From: Bacilli bacterium
Lineage (GTDB): Bacteria > Bacillota_I > Bacilli_A > ML615J-28 > CAG-698
Direction of reading: 5' to 3'
Assembly: GCA_035270985.1 (NCBI GenBank)
Contig: DATESD010000128.1
Coordinates: 1 to 33,649, forward strand
DNA: 33,649 bases
The notes beneath the pieces are model-generated. The model saw nothing but the letters and a program-made list of their open reading frames with translations, was not told the origin of the DNA and made no database searches. Positions 7,815-17,773 of the stretch are shown piece after piece. Numbering within the stretch: the first letter of the stretch is position 1; the number at the start of each line of letters is the position of its first letter. The position numbers were made by a program, and so were the translations under genes.

Positions 7815-10379
7815 ATGTACGAAAACATTGACAAAATGCAATATACACCAATGATGCGCCAGTATTTAACTATTAAAGAACAGCATCCAGACACTCTAGT
7901 CTTCTTTAGATTAGGGGATTTCTATGAGATGTTTTTTAATGATGCCATTGTTGCTAGTCATGAGTTAGAAATTGTTTTAACTGGTCGCGATGCGGGAACT
8001 GAGGAAAAAGTTCCGATGTGTGGTGTTCCTTACCATGCTGTTAGCTCTTATTTGGATAGACTAACAGAAAAAGGCTATAAGGTTGCCATAGTTGAACAAG
8101 TAGAAGATCCTGCCTTAGCGAAAGGAATTGTTAGTCGGGAAGTCGTCAGAATAATAACTCCTGGTACAGTAATAGAAGGCGCTAATCTTGATGAGAAAGA
8201 TAATAACTTTTTAGTTTCCATTAGTTATGATAAAAGTCGGTATGTTTTGAGTTATGCGGACTTATCAACGGGAGAAAACTATTTAACTGAATTACCATTA
8301 AATGATGATTTGTTGTTTGCTGAAATATTGAAATTGAAAAGTCGGGAAATTGTTATCGATGAAGAGTTCAACAAAAATATAATTCATCCACTATTATCAC
8401 TTGTTCCGATTACCGTTTCAATTGAGAATGACTGTAATGAAGTGGGATACTTAAAAGGCTTAACTGAAGAACTAGATAAAACAGAAGCAAAAACATTTTG
8501 GCGGATGATAAATTACATTATTCGCACACAAAAACGAACTTTAATTCATCTCCAAAAGGTTTTAAAATATGATATTGACGGATTTTTAAAAATAGATTTT
8601 TCTTCGCGAAGAAATCTTGAATTATTTGAAACACTACGTTTTCAAAATAAAAAAAATACGCTTTTAAATGTCTTGGATAAATGCCAAACGGCAATGGGAA
8701 GTCGATTCTTAAAGAAAAACATTATCTTCCCTTTGATGGACAAAGCCAAACTTGAAAAAAGATATGATATTATTGATAGTATGCGGAAAAAGTTTTTGGA
8801 AACAGAAGAATTACGCCAATTGCTAACTGATGTTTATGATTTAGAAAGAATTGTTGGCAAGATATCATATGAATCGGTTAATCCTAAAGATTTACTGCAA
8901 CTGAAAAAATCGCTTAATATTTTACCGCGCTTAAGGGAATTGCTAAAAGAAATCAAAATTGATGATTATTTTAATCTTGAAAGCGAAGCTGAAGATCATT
9001 TTAATTTGTATCTGCTAATCGAATCTTCGATTTCTCCTGATGCACCTTTTATCGTTAAAGATGGTGGCGTTATTAAAGCTGGATATAATGCAGAACTAGA
9101 CAAATTAAAAGAAATTAATGCTTCAAGCAAGGATTATTTACTAACTTTGGAAACAACTGAACGCGAAAGAACGGGAATTAAGAGTTTAAAAGTTGGTTTT
9201 AACCGCGTTTTTGGTTATTATATTGAAGTTTCAAAAGGAAATGCTGTTCATGTAAAAGATGAATTTGGCTATATTCGCAAACAAACGTTAAGTAATGCAG
9301 AAAGATTTATTACGGAAGAGTTAAAAGAGAAAGAAGCTTTGATTCTTCGCGGTGAAGAAAAAATTCTCGCAATGGAATACACTTTATTTTGTGAAATCCG
9401 TAATATTTGCAAAAGCTATGTTGTGTGCCTACAAAAATTGGCAAAGACACTATCTGAACTTGATATGTTACAAAGCTTTACAAAAATTTCTAAAGAAAAT
9501 AATTATGTACGCCCAAAGTTAAATACGGAAAGTATTTTAAATATTAAAAATGGACGTCATCCAGTTCTCGAAAAATATAATGGCAATTTTATTGCTAATG
9601 ATATAAAGATGAAAAATGACGATGTAATTTTATTAATCACTGGGCCGAATATGAGTGGTAAATCAACATATATGCGGCAAATTGCTCTAATTTCTATTAT
9701 GGCGCAAATTGGTTGTTTTGTCAGTGCTAGTAGCGCTAATATTCCTATTTTTGATGCTATCTTCACAAGAATTGGTGCGGCAGATGATATTGTTAGTGGT
9801 CAATCAACATTCATGGTTGAAATGAGTGAAGTAAATAAAGCCCTTACTTTTGCAACAAAAGATTCATTAATTTTATTTGATGAAATTGGTCGGGGAACTG
9901 CGACATATGATGGCATGGCTTTAGCACAATCAATTTTAGAATATGTGCATAATAGTGTTTGTTGTAAAACATTGTTTTCAACACATTATCATGAATTAAC
10001 ATCGCTAGAAAAAGATTTCCCGCATTTAAAAAATGTTCATGTGACTGCTGAAGATATTCAAGGTGAGATTGTTTTTATGCATAAAGTCGAAAAAGGCTCA
10101 ATTGATAAAAGTTATGGTATTAACGTAGCAAAATTGGCAAACATTCCGTTAGATGTTATTTTGCGAGCTAAAGATTTGCTCTATAAATTAGAAGAACATC
10201 GTAAATATGATCATGACAAATTATCAATCAAAAATTATCAAACGCCATTACTTTATGATTCGAAAACAGAAAAAGAAAATATCGCTTTAGATAAGATAAA
10301 AGAAGTTAACATAAATGAAATGAGTCCCTTAGAGGCAATGAATTTACTTGATGAGTTAAAGCGGTTATTAAGAAAGTAG
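7815..10379 (+). CDS. mutS: DNA mismatch repair protein MutS.
   Basis: The N-terminus contains TPMMRQYLTIKEQHPDTLVFFRLGDFYEMFFNDA, plus Walker A GPNMSGKSTYMRQ and the STFMVEM motif. I prefer the ATG at 7815, which is preceded by AGGTGG (7804-7809), over the GTG at 7806 used in the ORF track. Confidence 0.96.
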   Translation: MYENIDKMQYTPMMRQYLTIKEQHPDTLVFFRLGDFYEMFFNDAIVASHELEIVLTGRDAGTEEKVPMCGVPYHAVSSYLDRLTEKGYKVAIVEQVEDPALAKGIVSREVVRIITPGTVIEGANLDEKDNNFLVSISYDKSRYVLSYADLSTGENYLTELPLNDDLLFAEILKLKSREIVIDEEFNKNIIHPLLSLVPITVSIENDCNEVGYLKGLTEELDKTEAKTFWRMINYIIRTQKRTLIHLQKVLKYDIDGFLKIDFSSRRNLELFETLRFQNKKNTLLNVLDKCQTAMGSRFLKKNIIFPLMDKAKLEKRYDIIDSMRKKFLETEELRQLLTDVYDLERIVGKISYESVNPKDLLQLKKSLNILPRLRELLKEIKIDDYFNLESEAEDHFNLYLLIESSISPDAPFIVKDGGVIKAGYNAELDKLKEINASSKDYLLTLETTERERTGIKSLKVGFNRVFGYYIEVSKGNAVHVKDEFGYIRKQTLSNAERFITEELKEKEALILRGEEKILAMEYTLFCEIRNICKSYVVCLQKLAKTLSELDMLQSFTKISKENNYVRPKLNTESILNIKNGRHPVLEKYNGNFIANDIKMKNDDVILLITGPNMSGKSTYMRQIALISIMAQIGCFVSASSANIPIFDAIFTRIGAADDIVSGQSTFMVEMSEVNKALTFATKDSLILFDEIGRGTATYDGMALAQSILEYVHNSVCCKTLFSTHYHELTSLEKDFPHLKNVHVTAEDIQGEIVFMHKVEKGSIDKSYGINVAKLANIPLDVILRAKDLLYKLEEHRKYDHDKLSIKNYQTPLLYDSKTEKENIALDKIKEVNINEMSPLEAMNLLDELKRLLRK

Positions 10380-10385
10380 GATTTT

Positions 10386-12203
10386 ATGGGTAAAATTATT
10401 AGACTCGATCAACATACTACCAATTTAATCGCTGCTGGCGAAGTAATTGAAAAAGCAGCATCAGTTGTTAAAGAATTAGTTGAGAATTCGATTGATGCTG
10501 ATGCAACAGCAATAAATATTTCGTTAATTGATTCAGGATTAAAAGAAATAGTTATTAATGATAATGGCACTGGGATGGATGCCGTTGATGCCAAATTAGC
10601 TTTAGAACCTCACGCTACAAGTAAAATTTCTAAACCTAATGACTTGTTTAATATTTCAACATTAGGTTTCCGTGGTGAAGCGCTAGCTTCAATAGTTGCC
10701 GTATCACATTTTAAACTTAAGACATGTGCTACGGGATCTAAGGGTTTAATGATGGTTTTAAAAGGTGGAGAAATTATTAGTGAAGCTGTTGTTGCTCATC
10801 CGCGAGGGACAGAAATAACGGTTCGCAGTTTATTTTATAACACACCAGCCCGATTACAAAACCTAAAATCTGAAGCTCAAGAATTGAGTTATATTGTTGA
10901 TTATGCTAATAAGATGGCTCTTGCTAACCCGCACTTAGCTTTTAAATTAACAAATAATGATAAATTAATAATGCAAACTTATGGAAGCAATAACTTATTA
11001 GAAGTTATTGCTAGTATTTATGGCACAGAAATGGCAAAGAATATGGTAAAAGTCGATCGCACAGATGGATATTTCCATGTTTTTGGCTATACGTCGAATA
11101 TTAGCACGACACGAGCCGCAAAGAATAGTATAACAATTATTGTTAACGGCCGAATAGTGCGAAACAATAATATTATAAACGCTGTTGTTGAAGGATACCG
11201 TACCTTGTTGATGACAGGAAGATATCCTTTAAGTGTTATAAATATTACTGTTGACACATCTTTAGTCGATGTTAACGTGCATCCGGCAAAATTAGAAGTT
11301 CGTTTTAGCAATGAAGAAGGCTTAATTAATTTAATAAAATTAGCGATTCAGGCATCATTAACTGAACTTGATTTATCAGTTAGCCTCGATAGGGAAACTG
11401 ATGATCAAGAACGTAATACCGATATTTTTGTGCGAGAGGAAATTAAACCTTATGTTTTCTCGAGTAAAAGTCCCGATTTAGATTTCACTATCGAAGTAGA
11501 ACCTACTGCTCATAAAACAATTCCAGCGGAAAATATCATGAACGAAGACTTCCGCCAACAACAATATTTGTTTACCAAGTTTGATGAAGATTTTACGGAA
11601 AACGCCGAAGAGAAAGCATCAAGACTGCCGCGACTTGAATATATTGGCCAATTATATGGCACTTATCTTTTAGCGCAAAGTGAAGATTTATTTTATATGA
11701 TTGATCAACATGCGGCTAATGAACGAATAAATTACGAAAAAATAAGTGCTTACTTGCAAAAAAGTAGCATAAAAAGTTATGAATTATTAATTCCCCTTAA
11801 ATTGTTTTTTACTACTAGTGAAGCGATGTTAATAAATGAAAAAATAATGGAAATTAGTAAATTAGGAATAATCTTAGAGGAATTTGGTGGTGGGACTTAT
11901 GTTGTTAGGCAAATACCAGACTGGATTTTCCGGGGAAAAGAAAAAGAATTTGTTGAAGAAATAATATTTAGTATAATAAACAATCGTAAAACAGAGAAAC
12001 ACCAGTTTCTTGATGCCCTTGCTAAGTCGCTAGCTTGTAAGAAGAGTATAAAGGCTAATGAATTTGTGAGCAAACAAGAAATAGAATACCTTTTAAAAGA
12101 ATTAGCTGACTGTGAAAATCCCTTTACATGTCCTCATGGGCGTCCAGTTATTGTAAAATTTTCGAGTTATGAAATTGAAAAATGGTTCAAACGAGTAGTA
12201 TGA
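10386..12203 (+). CDS. mutL: DNA mismatch repair protein MutL, with endonuclease-type C-terminus.
   Basis: GHKL ATPase N-terminus (IAAGEVIEKAASVVKELVENSIDA, DNGTGM, LGFRGEAL). The C-terminus has DQHAANERINYE and a CPHGRP motif. Confidence 0.96.
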   Translation: MGKIIRLDQHTTNLIAAGEVIEKAASVVKELVENSIDADATAINISLIDSGLKEIVINDNGTGMDAVDAKLALEPHATSKISKPNDLFNISTLGFRGEALASIVAVSHFKLKTCATGSKGLMMVLKGGEIISEAVVAHPRGTEITVRSLFYNTPARLQNLKSEAQELSYIVDYANKMALANPHLAFKLTNNDKLIMQTYGSNNLLEVIASIYGTEMAKNMVKVDRTDGYFHVFGYTSNISTTRAAKNSITIIVNGRIVRNNNIINAVVEGYRTLLMTGRYPLSVINITVDTSLVDVNVHPAKLEVRFSNEEGLINLIKLAIQASLTELDLSVSLDRETDDQERNTDIFVREEIKPYVFSSKSPDLDFTIEVEPTAHKTIPAENIMNEDFRQQQYLFTKFDEDFTENAEEKASRLPRLEYIGQLYGTYLLAQSEDLFYMIDQHAANERINYEKISAYLQKSSIKSYELLIPLKLFFTTSEAMLINEKIMEISKLGIILEEFGGGTYVVRQIPDWIFRGKEKEFVEEIIFSIINNRKTEKHQFLDALAKSLACKKSIKANEFVSKQEIEYLLKELADCENPFTCPHGRPVIVKFSSYEIEKWFKRVV

Positions 12204-13111
12204 ATAAGAAAATAATCGTCTTAACAGGTCCGACTGGAGTTGGAAAAACTGCTCTATCGTTAAGACTAGCAGCTGCGTTTAACGGAGAAATTATTAACGC
12301 TGATGCTTCGCAAATTAGAAAAAAACTTGATATCGGAACAGCTAAAATCGATTTACAAACAACTAATATAAAACATCATTTATTAGATTTTTTAACGATA
12401 AATGAAGATTTTTCTATTTATGATTATCAAAAGCTGGCTCGACAAAAAATTGACGATTTATTATTGCACAATAAATTGCCGTTTCTTGTTGGTGGCTCAG
12501 GATTATATTTAAATTCTACCTTGTATGATTATGACTTATCATCACCTAGTCGCCAAGATGAATTTGCCCAACAATTTATTGATTTAACCGATGCAGAATT
12601 GCATTTGAAACTGCAAGGATTAGATAGTGCGGCAGCGGAGAATATTCCTATCAACAATCGCCGTCGTGTTCTTAGAGCTTTGGAACTGGCAATGGGAGAT
12701 GCGAAAAGAATTAGCGAAAATATTAGTTCTCTTGTGCCACTATATGATTGTTTGGTAATTTGCTTCACTACAGAGCGGCCTATTTTATATCAAAGAATTA
12801 ACGATCGAGTTGAGTCGATGTTTGTCGCTGGCTGGATTAAAGAATGTCAGGATTTATTAGACGAAGGTATTGATCTCCATCAAATAAAAGATATTGGTTA
12901 TTCTGAAATTGGCAGTTATTTGCAAGGAGAAATTACACTCGAAAAAGTCAAAGACATTATTAAACAAAAAACCAGAAATTATGCGAAAAGACAATTAACC
13001 TGGTTTAAAAACAAGATGAATTGCCTTTTTATCAACATAGATTATGAAAATCAAGAACAGAATGTTATCCAAGTTACGGAAATAATCGATAAATTTTTGA
13101 AGAATATTTAA
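12200..13111 (+). CDS. miaA: tRNA dimethylallyltransferase MiaA.
   Basis: MNKKIIVLTGPTGVGKTALS... contains a P-loop. The ATG at 12200 overlaps the mutL stop (ATGA). The ORF-track start at 12182 is probably an upstream in-frame extension. Confidence 0.93.
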   Translation: MNKKIIVLTGPTGVGKTALSLRLAAAFNGEIINADASQIRKKLDIGTAKIDLQTTNIKHHLLDFLTINEDFSIYDYQKLARQKIDDLLLHNKLPFLVGGSGLYLNSTLYDYDLSSPSRQDEFAQQFIDLTDAELHLKLQGLDSAAAENIPINNRRRVLRALELAMGDAKRISENISSLVPLYDCLVICFTTERPILYQRINDRVESMFVAGWIKECQDLLDEGIDLHQIKDIGYSEIGSYLQGEITLEKVKDIIKQKTRNYAKRQLTWFKNKMNCLFINIDYENQEQNVIQVTEIIDKFLKNI

Positions 13112-13134
13112 TTCCTCCATCTTGGAGGAATTTT
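13110..13134 (+). terminator. Rho-independent terminator after miaA.
   Basis: AATTCCTCCA (13110-13119) pairs with TGGAGGAATT (13123-13132) around a 3-nt loop, followed by TT. It overlaps the miaA stop codon. Confidence 0.7.
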
Positions 13135-13148
13135 ACAAGATAACTTTA

Positions 13149-13177
13149 TTGACATTTTTTAAATAATAAATTAATAT
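13149..13177 (+). promoter_or_regulatory. Sigma-70 promoter for rluB.
   Basis: TTGACA (13149-13154), a 17-nt spacer, then TAATAT (13172-13177). Confidence 0.6.
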
Positions 13178-13200
13178 ATTACACAAATAGGAGAGTTGAA

Positions 13201-13941
13201 ATGGAAAGATTACAAAAATATATAGCTCGTAGCGGTGTTGCTTCCCGGCGAAAAGCTGAAGAAATGATTCGTGAAGGCAAAGTTAAAGTAAATGGTGAAG
13301 TCATAACCGAAATGGGGACGAAGATTTCTAGCAATGATATTGTTGAAATCGACAATGCAGTTTTGGAAATTAAAGAAAAACGTTATTTTGTGATGAATAA
13401 ACCACGGGGAATTATTTCCTCAGTAAACGATGAAAAAGGTCGCCAAACTGTAATTTCTGTTTTGCCGCCCGCGTTAAAGAATAGCCGTTTATTTCCTGTA
13501 GGCCGCCTGGACTATGATACTAAGGGAGTTTTATTACTAACAAATGATGGTGAATTCATGAATACCATTATTGGTCCCCAATCAGTTTTACCTAAAGAAT
13601 ATTTAGTTAGAGTTGAAGGTCAAATTACTAAAGGCGATATAATTAAATTAGAGTCTGGGCTTATGATTGATGGATATATGACGAGAAAATGTAAAGCCTA
13701 TATTGCAAGTACTGATATAAAGAATAATTCTTCATCAGTGGGAATAATTCTTCGGGAGGGTAAATACCATCAAGTTAAAAAAATGTTTGAAGCGGTAGGC
13801 TTTCCAGTGAAGAGATTGACAAGAATAAGCTTTGGTGAAATAACTGCTGATGGTTTAGCCGAGGGAGAAATACGGGAGTTAACTCCTCATGAAATTAAAA
13901 GATTAATAGTTCAAAGTAAGCAACTAAAAAACTTTAAATAG
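13201..13941 (+). CDS. rluB: 23S rRNA pseudouridine synthase, RsuA/RluB family.
   Basis: N-terminal S4 domain (RLQKYIARSGVASRRKAEEMI), the catalytic motif PVGRLDYDTKGVLLLTNDG, and KEY.V.V. Confidence 0.9.
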   Translation: MERLQKYIARSGVASRRKAEEMIREGKVKVNGEVITEMGTKISSNDIVEIDNAVLEIKEKRYFVMNKPRGIISSVNDEKGRQTVISVLPPALKNSRLFPVGRLDYDTKGVLLLTNDGEFMNTIIGPQSVLPKEYLVRVEGQITKGDIIKLESGLMIDGYMTRKCKAYIASTDIKNNSSSVGIILREGKYHQVKKMFEAVGFPVKRLTRISFGEITADGLAEGEIRELTPHEIKRLIVQSKQLKNFK

Positions 13942-13944
13942 TAT

Positions 13945-13973
13945 TTGAAGTTTTATATATGATATGATATAAT
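13945..13973 (+). promoter_or_regulatory. Sigma-70 promoter for cmk::rpsA-der.
   Basis: TTGAAG (13945-13950), a 17-nt spacer, then TGaTATAAT (-10 at 13968-13973). Confidence 0.6.
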
Positions 13974-13998
13974 AGTAGAGTATATTTAGAGGTGCATT

Positions 13999-16359
13999 AT
14001 GAATTGGCAAATTGCTATTGATGGTCCTGCTGGTTCCGGTAAAAGCACAATAGCTGAAGCTATAGCAAAAAAGCTAGGCTTTGAGCATATTGATACTGGC
14101 GCTATGTATCGAGCTGTTACTTTAAAGGCTTTAGAATTAAAAATCAATCTAGAAAATGAAGAGGAATTTAAGTTTCTCGACAATACTAAAATTGATTTTA
14201 AAAACCAGGTGATTTTCCTTGATGACAAGGATGTTTCCCAAGATATTCGTTCTCTTGAAGTTACTAACAATGTTTCCTTAGTATCTAAATATGGATATGT
14301 AAGAAGTAAAATGGTAGCTTTGCAACAATTTTTCGTTTCTAACAAAAATGTAATTATGGATGGTAGAGATATAGGAACTGTTGTTCTTCCTAAGGCAAAT
14401 TTAAAGATTTATTTAAATGCCAATGTTGAAGAAAGAGCAAAACGAAGAATGAAGGAACGTCTGGAACAAAATCAAGAAACTGGTGATTTAGAAGCAACAA
14501 TTAAGGAAATAGTCGAACGGGATCGTAAAGATAGTACGCGATTAATAAGCCCCCTAAAGAAAGCTGATGACGCTATAGAAATAGATTCGTCAGATTTATT
14601 CGTTGAATGCGTGGTCGAAAAGATCATAAGGTTAGTATTTGAAAGAGGTTACAACATGGAAAAGGAACTTAAAAACGAAAACGTTGAATTACAAGAAGAA
14701 ACAAACGAACAAAAAGAAGAATTAGTAGAAGCAGTACCTACGAAAGCAAAGGCAGCTCCAAAAGCAAAAGCAGCTTCGAAGGCAAAAAAAGCTCCTAAAG
14801 TAGAAGCAGCTCCTGAAGTAGAAGCAGCTCCCGAAGTAGAAGTAGCTCCTGAAGTAGAAGCAGCTCCTGAAGTAGAAGTGACTCCTGAAGTAGAAGTGGC
14901 TCCTGAAGTTGAAGTAGCTCCCGAAGTTGAAGTAGCTCCCGAAGTTGAAGTAGCTCCAGAAAAAACAGTAAAATACAAAGAATTGCAAATTGTTAAAGGT
15001 ACTGTTGTTGAAGTTATTCCTGAACAACCAGAAGTAAAAACTGGAAACAGGGTAATCAGAGCCAAGGAAGAAAGAGTATTAATAGTGCTTGAAGATGGCC
15101 AAGAAGGATTCTTGTTTAAACGAGATACTGCTGGCATTGAAGAAGATGAAGACTTGTTGGATTTATTCGTAAAAGATGACAAGGTCGATGTAGCTATTAA
15201 AAAAATATTCCCTGATGGCGGGAAATTCATATTTTCTACACTTCTATTAGATAAGCGTAAAGACTTAGAAAAATTTGGTGCTGAATTAAAGAGAGATACT
15301 GTCTTTACAGCAAAAGTTTTAAAGCAAATTCAAGTAGGTTTATTGATGAAATACGAAGATTTTTCTTGCTTATTACCGACTTCACAAGTATCTGTTAGTG
15401 AAGAAGAATTAGGAACATTAGTAGGAAAAGAAATTTCTGTTGCTCCTATTAGAGTAGATTATGGCAGAATACGTATTATTGTGTCACAAGTTTTAGCTGA
15501 CAGAATTAATGCCCGCGCTGACAAAAAAGTTTTTGTGGAAACTTTAGAAGTTGGTCAAGTATATGATGGTGTTGTAAAGAACATCGAAAGATATGGCGCA
15601 TTTGTTGAAATTAGCAAGAATATTGAAGGCTTGTTACATATTTCTGAGATTGACCATAATCGCGTTTTCAAAGTTGAAAAAGTTCTTAATGTTGGTGATC
15701 TAGTTAAGGTGAAAATTATCAAACTTGATAATGATCACATAGGATTATCACGAAAAGCATTAATTCCTAATTATTGGGAAGAATATACAAATGGCAAAGC
15801 TGTTGGCAACTTAGTTTCAGGAAAAGTTCTTGAAGTTAATGCTTCCGGTATTGTTATGGCTTTAACTCCAGAAATTACAGCGTTCCTACCAAAGAGCGAA
15901 TTCGCTTGGGATCGTGATGTTAAAATTGAAGATGAAGTTAAAGTTGAAGATGAATTTGATGTTCAAATTATTGAGATTGATGTTGCTAAAAAGCGCATAA
16001 TTCTTTCTAAAAAACAACTTCATAAAAATCCATGGGATTCAATAACAATTAAAATGGGTGACCTTGTTGATGTTGTCGTAACGAAAATATTGCCTGATGG
16101 CTTTATCGTTACTGTTGATGGTGTAGAAGGATATTTGCCAAAATCGACAATTAGAAGTATCGATGCAAATAGTGTGAAATTAAATCAAGAATTAAATGTT
16201 AAAATTAGAGTGTTGGAACCAGGGAAAAATAAATTAGTCCTAAGCATGAGAGACGCTGAAGAAAGGTTTGAAAGAGAAACATTTAAACCTACTGTGGATC
16301 TCCAAGATAAAATGAGTAACACCTTCGGGGATTACCTAAAACAATCTAAGAAGAAGTAG
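13999..16359 (+). CDS. cmk-rpsA: In-frame fusion of cytidylate kinase (about aa 1-219) and ribosomal protein S1 (4-5 S1 domains), joined by a repetitive low-complexity linker.
   Basis: The N-terminus IAIDGPAGSGKSTIAEAIAKKLGFEHIDTGAMYRA is canonical Cmk. After the linker come S1/OB repeats, e.g. VGQVYDGVVKNIERYGAFVEISKNIEGLLHISEI and GDLVDVVVTKILPDGFIVTV..GYLPKS. The 786 codons form one continuous ORF. Confidence 0.9.
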   Translation: MNWQIAIDGPAGSGKSTIAEAIAKKLGFEHIDTGAMYRAVTLKALELKINLENEEEFKFLDNTKIDFKNQVIFLDDKDVSQDIRSLEVTNNVSLVSKYGYVRSKMVALQQFFVSNKNVIMDGRDIGTVVLPKANLKIYLNANVEERAKRRMKERLEQNQETGDLEATIKEIVERDRKDSTRLISPLKKADDAIEIDSSDLFVECVVEKIIRLVFERGYNMEKELKNENVELQEETNEQKEELVEAVPTKAKAAPKAKAASKAKKAPKVEAAPEVEAAPEVEVAPEVEAAPEVEVTPEVEVAPEVEVAPEVEVAPEVEVAPEKTVKYKELQIVKGTVVEVIPEQPEVKTGNRVIRAKEERVLIVLEDGQEGFLFKRDTAGIEEDEDLLDLFVKDDKVDVAIKKIFPDGGKFIFSTLLLDKRKDLEKFGAELKRDTVFTAKVLKQIQVGLLMKYEDFSCLLPTSQVSVSEEELGTLVGKEISVAPIRVDYGRIRIIVSQVLADRINARADKKVFVETLEVGQVYDGVVKNIERYGAFVEISKNIEGLLHISEIDHNRVFKVEKVLNVGDLVKVKIIKLDNDHIGLSRKALIPNYWEEYTNGKAVGNLVSGKVLEVNASGIVMALTPEITAFLPKSEFAWDRDVKIEDEVKVEDEFDVQIIEIDVAKKRIILSKKQLHKNPWDSITIKMGDLVDVVVTKILPDGFIVTVDGVEGYLPKSTIRSIDANSVKLNQELNVKIRVLEPGKNKLVLSMRDAEERFERETFKPTVDLQDKMSNTFGDYLKQSKKK
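14791..14952 (+). repeat. In-frame 18-bp tandem repeat, 9 units, encoding (A/T)P(E/K)VE(A/V). A partial tenth unit follows.
   Basis: gctcctgaagtagaagca-type units repeat head to tail from 14791 to 14952. The last units (gctcccgaagttgaagta) are identical at the DNA level. A Lys/Ala/Pro-rich segment (AKAAPKAKAASKAKKAPK) comes just before. Confidence 0.95.
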
Positions 16360-16367
16360 GCCAAAGT

Positions 16368-17675
16368 ATGCGTGGAGTTGTTGCTATTGTCGGTAGACCT
16401 AATGTTGGTAAATCTAGTTTGTTTAATAGAATTATTGGTGATAGGGTATCGATTACAGACGATGCTAGTGGTATTACTAGAGATCGTATTTATGGTAAGG
16501 CTTCATGGCTAAATCAAGAATTTAGGCTTATTGATACAGGAGGGATCATCTTAAAAGATGAGCCCTTTTCTAAAGAAATAAGAGCTCAAGCAAATTTAGC
16601 AATCGATGAAGCTGATGTAATTGTCATGGTAGTTGATGTTAGGACATCAGTTACCGTAGAAGACGAAGATGTAATGAATATTCTTCTTCGGAGTAATAAG
16701 CCAGTTATCATGGCGGCAAATAAAGTTGATAATCTTGAATTAGTAGATTTAAGCTATGATTTTTATAGCTTGGGAGCTGCGGAGATCTTTCCAATAAGTT
16801 CATTGCATGGAATTGGTATTGGCGATTTACTAGACAAAATAATTGAATTGTTGCCAGAAGAAAGAAAAGATCCTTATGGTGAAGGAACAATTAAATTTTG
16901 TTTAATTGGTCAACAAAATGTTGGGAAATCAACATTATCTAATACTATTATTGGTGAAGAACGAACAATAGTTAGTAATATACCGGGAACTACTCGCGAT
17001 GCTATTGATACAGTATTTACGAGAAACGGTAAAAAATTTGTTGTCATTGATACTGCAGGAATTAGAAAACAAGGCAAGATCTATGAAAACGCAGAAAAAT
17101 ACAGTGTTTTGCGAGCTTTGTCAGCAATTGAACGTTCTGATATTGCCGTATTGATGCTTGATGGAACTGATGAATTAAATGAACAAGATAAAAGAATTGC
17201 CGGATATGCTCGTGAAGCAAATCGAGCTATTATTATTGTTGTTAATAAATGGGATATTGTGGAAAAAGACGATAAAACAATGCAACGACTTACAGATAAA
17301 ATTAAAGTGCAAATGCCTTTTTTGGCTTTTACACCGATAATATTCTTGTCAGCATTTAAAAAGGAAAGAGTTCATATTCTTTTAGAAGAAATCGAAAAAG
17401 TTTATGAAAACTTTAATCGCCGTGTCCAAACTAGTGTCTTGAATGATGTTTTACTAGATGCTGTTTTGCTTAACCAACCACCATTATTTAATGGTAATCG
17501 CCTTCGTCTGAGTTATGCGACTCAAGATGATGTAATGCCACCTTCATTTGTCTTATTTGTTAATGATGAAAAGCATATGCATTTTTCATATTTGCGCTAT
17601 TTAGAAAATAAGTTACGTGAATCTTTTGAATTTAGCGGTTCACCAATCAAGTTTACTTTAAGAAAAAAGGAATAG
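16368..17675 (+). CDS. der: Ribosome-biogenesis GTPase Der (EngA), with a double GTPase domain.
   Basis: Two G domains (GRPNVGKSSLFN and GQQNVGKSTLSN; NKVD and NKWD) plus a KH-like C-terminus. Confidence 0.96.
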   Translation: MRGVVAIVGRPNVGKSSLFNRIIGDRVSITDDASGITRDRIYGKASWLNQEFRLIDTGGIILKDEPFSKEIRAQANLAIDEADVIVMVVDVRTSVTVEDEDVMNILLRSNKPVIMAANKVDNLELVDLSYDFYSLGAAEIFPISSLHGIGIGDLLDKIIELLPEERKDPYGEGTIKFCLIGQQNVGKSTLSNTIIGEERTIVSNIPGTTRDAIDTVFTRNGKKFVVIDTAGIRKQGKIYENAEKYSVLRALSAIERSDIAVLMLDGTDELNEQDKRIAGYAREANRAIIIVVNKWDIVEKDDKTMQRLTDKIKVQMPFLAFTPIIFLSAFKKERVHILLEEIEKVYENFNRRVQTSVLNDVLLDAVLLNQPPLFNGNRLRLSYATQDDVMPPSFVLFVNDEKHMHFSYLRYLENKLRESFEFSGSPIKFTLRKKE

Positions 17676-17700
17676 TCTTCATTTTGAAGACTATTTTTAT
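17673..17700 (+). terminator. Rho-independent terminator after der.
   Basis: TAGTCTTCA (17673-17681) pairs with TGAAGACTA (17685-17693) around a 3-nt loop, followed by TTTTTATTTTT. Confidence 0.8.
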
Positions 17701-17773
17701 TTTTCTATCAAATTTATTTTTGGAGGCCAAAATGACTGCTTTTTCATGTAAATTTGCAGAAAAAAAGCAACAA

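Noticed and set aside
14791-14952. Regularly spaced direct repeats, which could suggest a CRISPR array.
   Set aside because: The 18-bp units are directly adjacent with no spacers, are in frame within a coding sequence, and encode a hexapeptide repeat. No cas genes are present in the window.
14649-15230. Long minus-strand ORFs (193 aa and 101 aa) rich in TSGA/FRS repeats.
   Set aside because: They are artefacts of the stop-free 18-bp tandem repeat inside cmk::rpsA. The antisense frames stay open only because the repeat lacks stop codons.
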